A stretch of 50,840 nucleotides of DNA, counting the filler, from Mitosporidium daphniae (Eukaryota): the NCBI RefSeq assembly GCF_000760515.2. It is 2 parts of 2 records of this genome, joined end to end, with 100 filler letters (N's around TTAATTAATTAA, not from the genome) between each part and the next. Parts side by side here need not be neighbours in the genome. Positions count along the whole stretch, not along the records: positions 25,581 to 50,840 come from NW_013546149.1; 1 more part is not named here. One strand, 5' to 3'. Of this stretch, positions 49,719 to 50,840 are shown one piece after another. The notes beneath the pieces were generated by a model. The model was not told the origin of the DNA, ran no database searches, and saw nothing but the letters and a program-made list of their open reading frames with translations. How positions within the stretch are numbered: position 1 is the stretch's first letter; each line of letters opens with the position of its first letter. Position numbers and translations under genes: made by a program.

Positions 49719-50693
49719 TTATTGAGCAATAAACTTCACAAGATCACCAATACTTTGGCAAGCAAAAGTGGGCCTCTTATCTGTTGGAGTTTCGCTCAAC
49801 TCTTTTCTGGTTGAATATCCAGAAAACACAAGTAGTGTGTTTATTCCACCCTTATGGCCAAAAACAATATCGGTGTCCAATCGATCTCCAACCATGCAGG
49901 TGCGTTTGGGGTCAATATGTAACTTTTCCGTTATGCAGTCAAGGAGTTTGATTGATGGCTTTCCTATTATGGTTGGAATTCGTCCAGATGAATAGATTAG
50001 GAACGAGGAGATGCTTCCCGTGCCTGGTAACGAACCGTCTTTCATGACCAATATATTATCCATATTGGTAGTGATGAATTCTGCCTCATACGCACCTTCA
50101 ATAGTTATTTAAGGTCCTAAAATAGTTACCTGAGGTATCATTAACGTGTCTTAGGTATGTGTTTGCAAGAGCCAGTTTGTCATAGGATAGCTTGGAATCG
50201 AGCCCGACAATCACAGCGTCAACCTAAAAAAATATACTTCACAAAACCTTTTCAGGCCTGGCGTCGTAATTTGTCCCATCCTCATTAATGTAGAAGATGC
50301 GCAAGTTCGTTAATTCTAGCTCTTCAACGATACCCGGACCTCCCAATACAAATATGTTATTATGTATGGGAGAGATATGAGTAATGTATTGAGCAGCGGC
50401 AGAAGTTGAGGTAAAAATGTCATCAATCGAAACATGAGTTAAGCCGAACGAATGGAAAATATCAACAAAATCTCTTCTGGAGTGAAGAGAATTGTTGGAG
50501 ACAAATATAACTCTTTTTCCGAGTGAATGTAAATATTGCAATGCTTCAACAGAGCCTGGGATAGGTGTTTGATATCCAAGCCATATGACACCTACATTTA
50601 ATTGAGAGAAATACCATCGCAGTCAAAAAGAAAGGTATCATTTCCATTTATAAATGCTTGGGCCTCTGAAGCAGAAGTAATCTCGATCATCAT
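49719..50693 (-). CDS. PHO13: HAD class IIA phosphatase (Pho13/phosphoglycolate phosphatase), 4 exons
   Basis: FLFDCDG|VIW, FVSNNS, FITTNMD, PGTGS, IIGKPS, MVGDRLDTDI.FG. Introns at 50592-50614 (23 nt), 50224-50247 (24 nt) and 50096-50129 (34 nt). Confidence 0.93.
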
Positions 50694-50840
50694 AAAAATA
50701 GATGTTATGTTGATACATCTTTTGATCAAAGGGTAAAAACCCAAGCAATAAATTAAAATTGTAAATTTAACGGGGCATCGGCGTATTTTTGCCAAATCAA
50801 ACGCAAATTTATGGGTGTAAATAACAGAAGAGATTACTTC

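Overview
Very gene-dense eukaryotic (fungal-grade) DNA with about 25 protein-coding genes on both strands. Intergenic gaps are mostly under 300 nt. About 50 spliceosomal introns were reconstructed by hand, nearly all 23-38 nt, so the ORF track splits most genes into fragments. Recognisable genes: RPN8, TMEM234-like, NPP1/ENPP, an M1 aminopeptidase, PRP18, METTL6-like, a very divergent TRA1, SNRNP27, TFC4, RUS1, a SAP30-like protein, a KIN1/MARK/SNF1-type kinase, SWP1, ATG9, COQ11-like, PAP1, GPI13, a RhoGAP-fold protein, a secreted thioredoxin-fold protein and PHO13. There are also several orphan or uncharacterised ORFs. Compaction, tiny introns and retained ATG9 and COQ11 suggest an early-diverging microsporidian or Rozellomycota parasite (Mitosporidium-like); this is inference, not a database match. 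An artificial N44-TTAATTAATTAA-N44 spacer at 25481-25580 joins two contigs, so adjacency across it is not real evidence. Most interesting signals: the length-constrained tiny-intron system (including stop-free 27-nt introns and one GC-AG candidate), an intronless GT-A-like gene of possible foreign origin, a GC-chimeric aminopeptidase with a Q-to-K change in the S1 pocket, a structured GC-rich element at 7800-7954, and telomere-like boxes just after stop codons.
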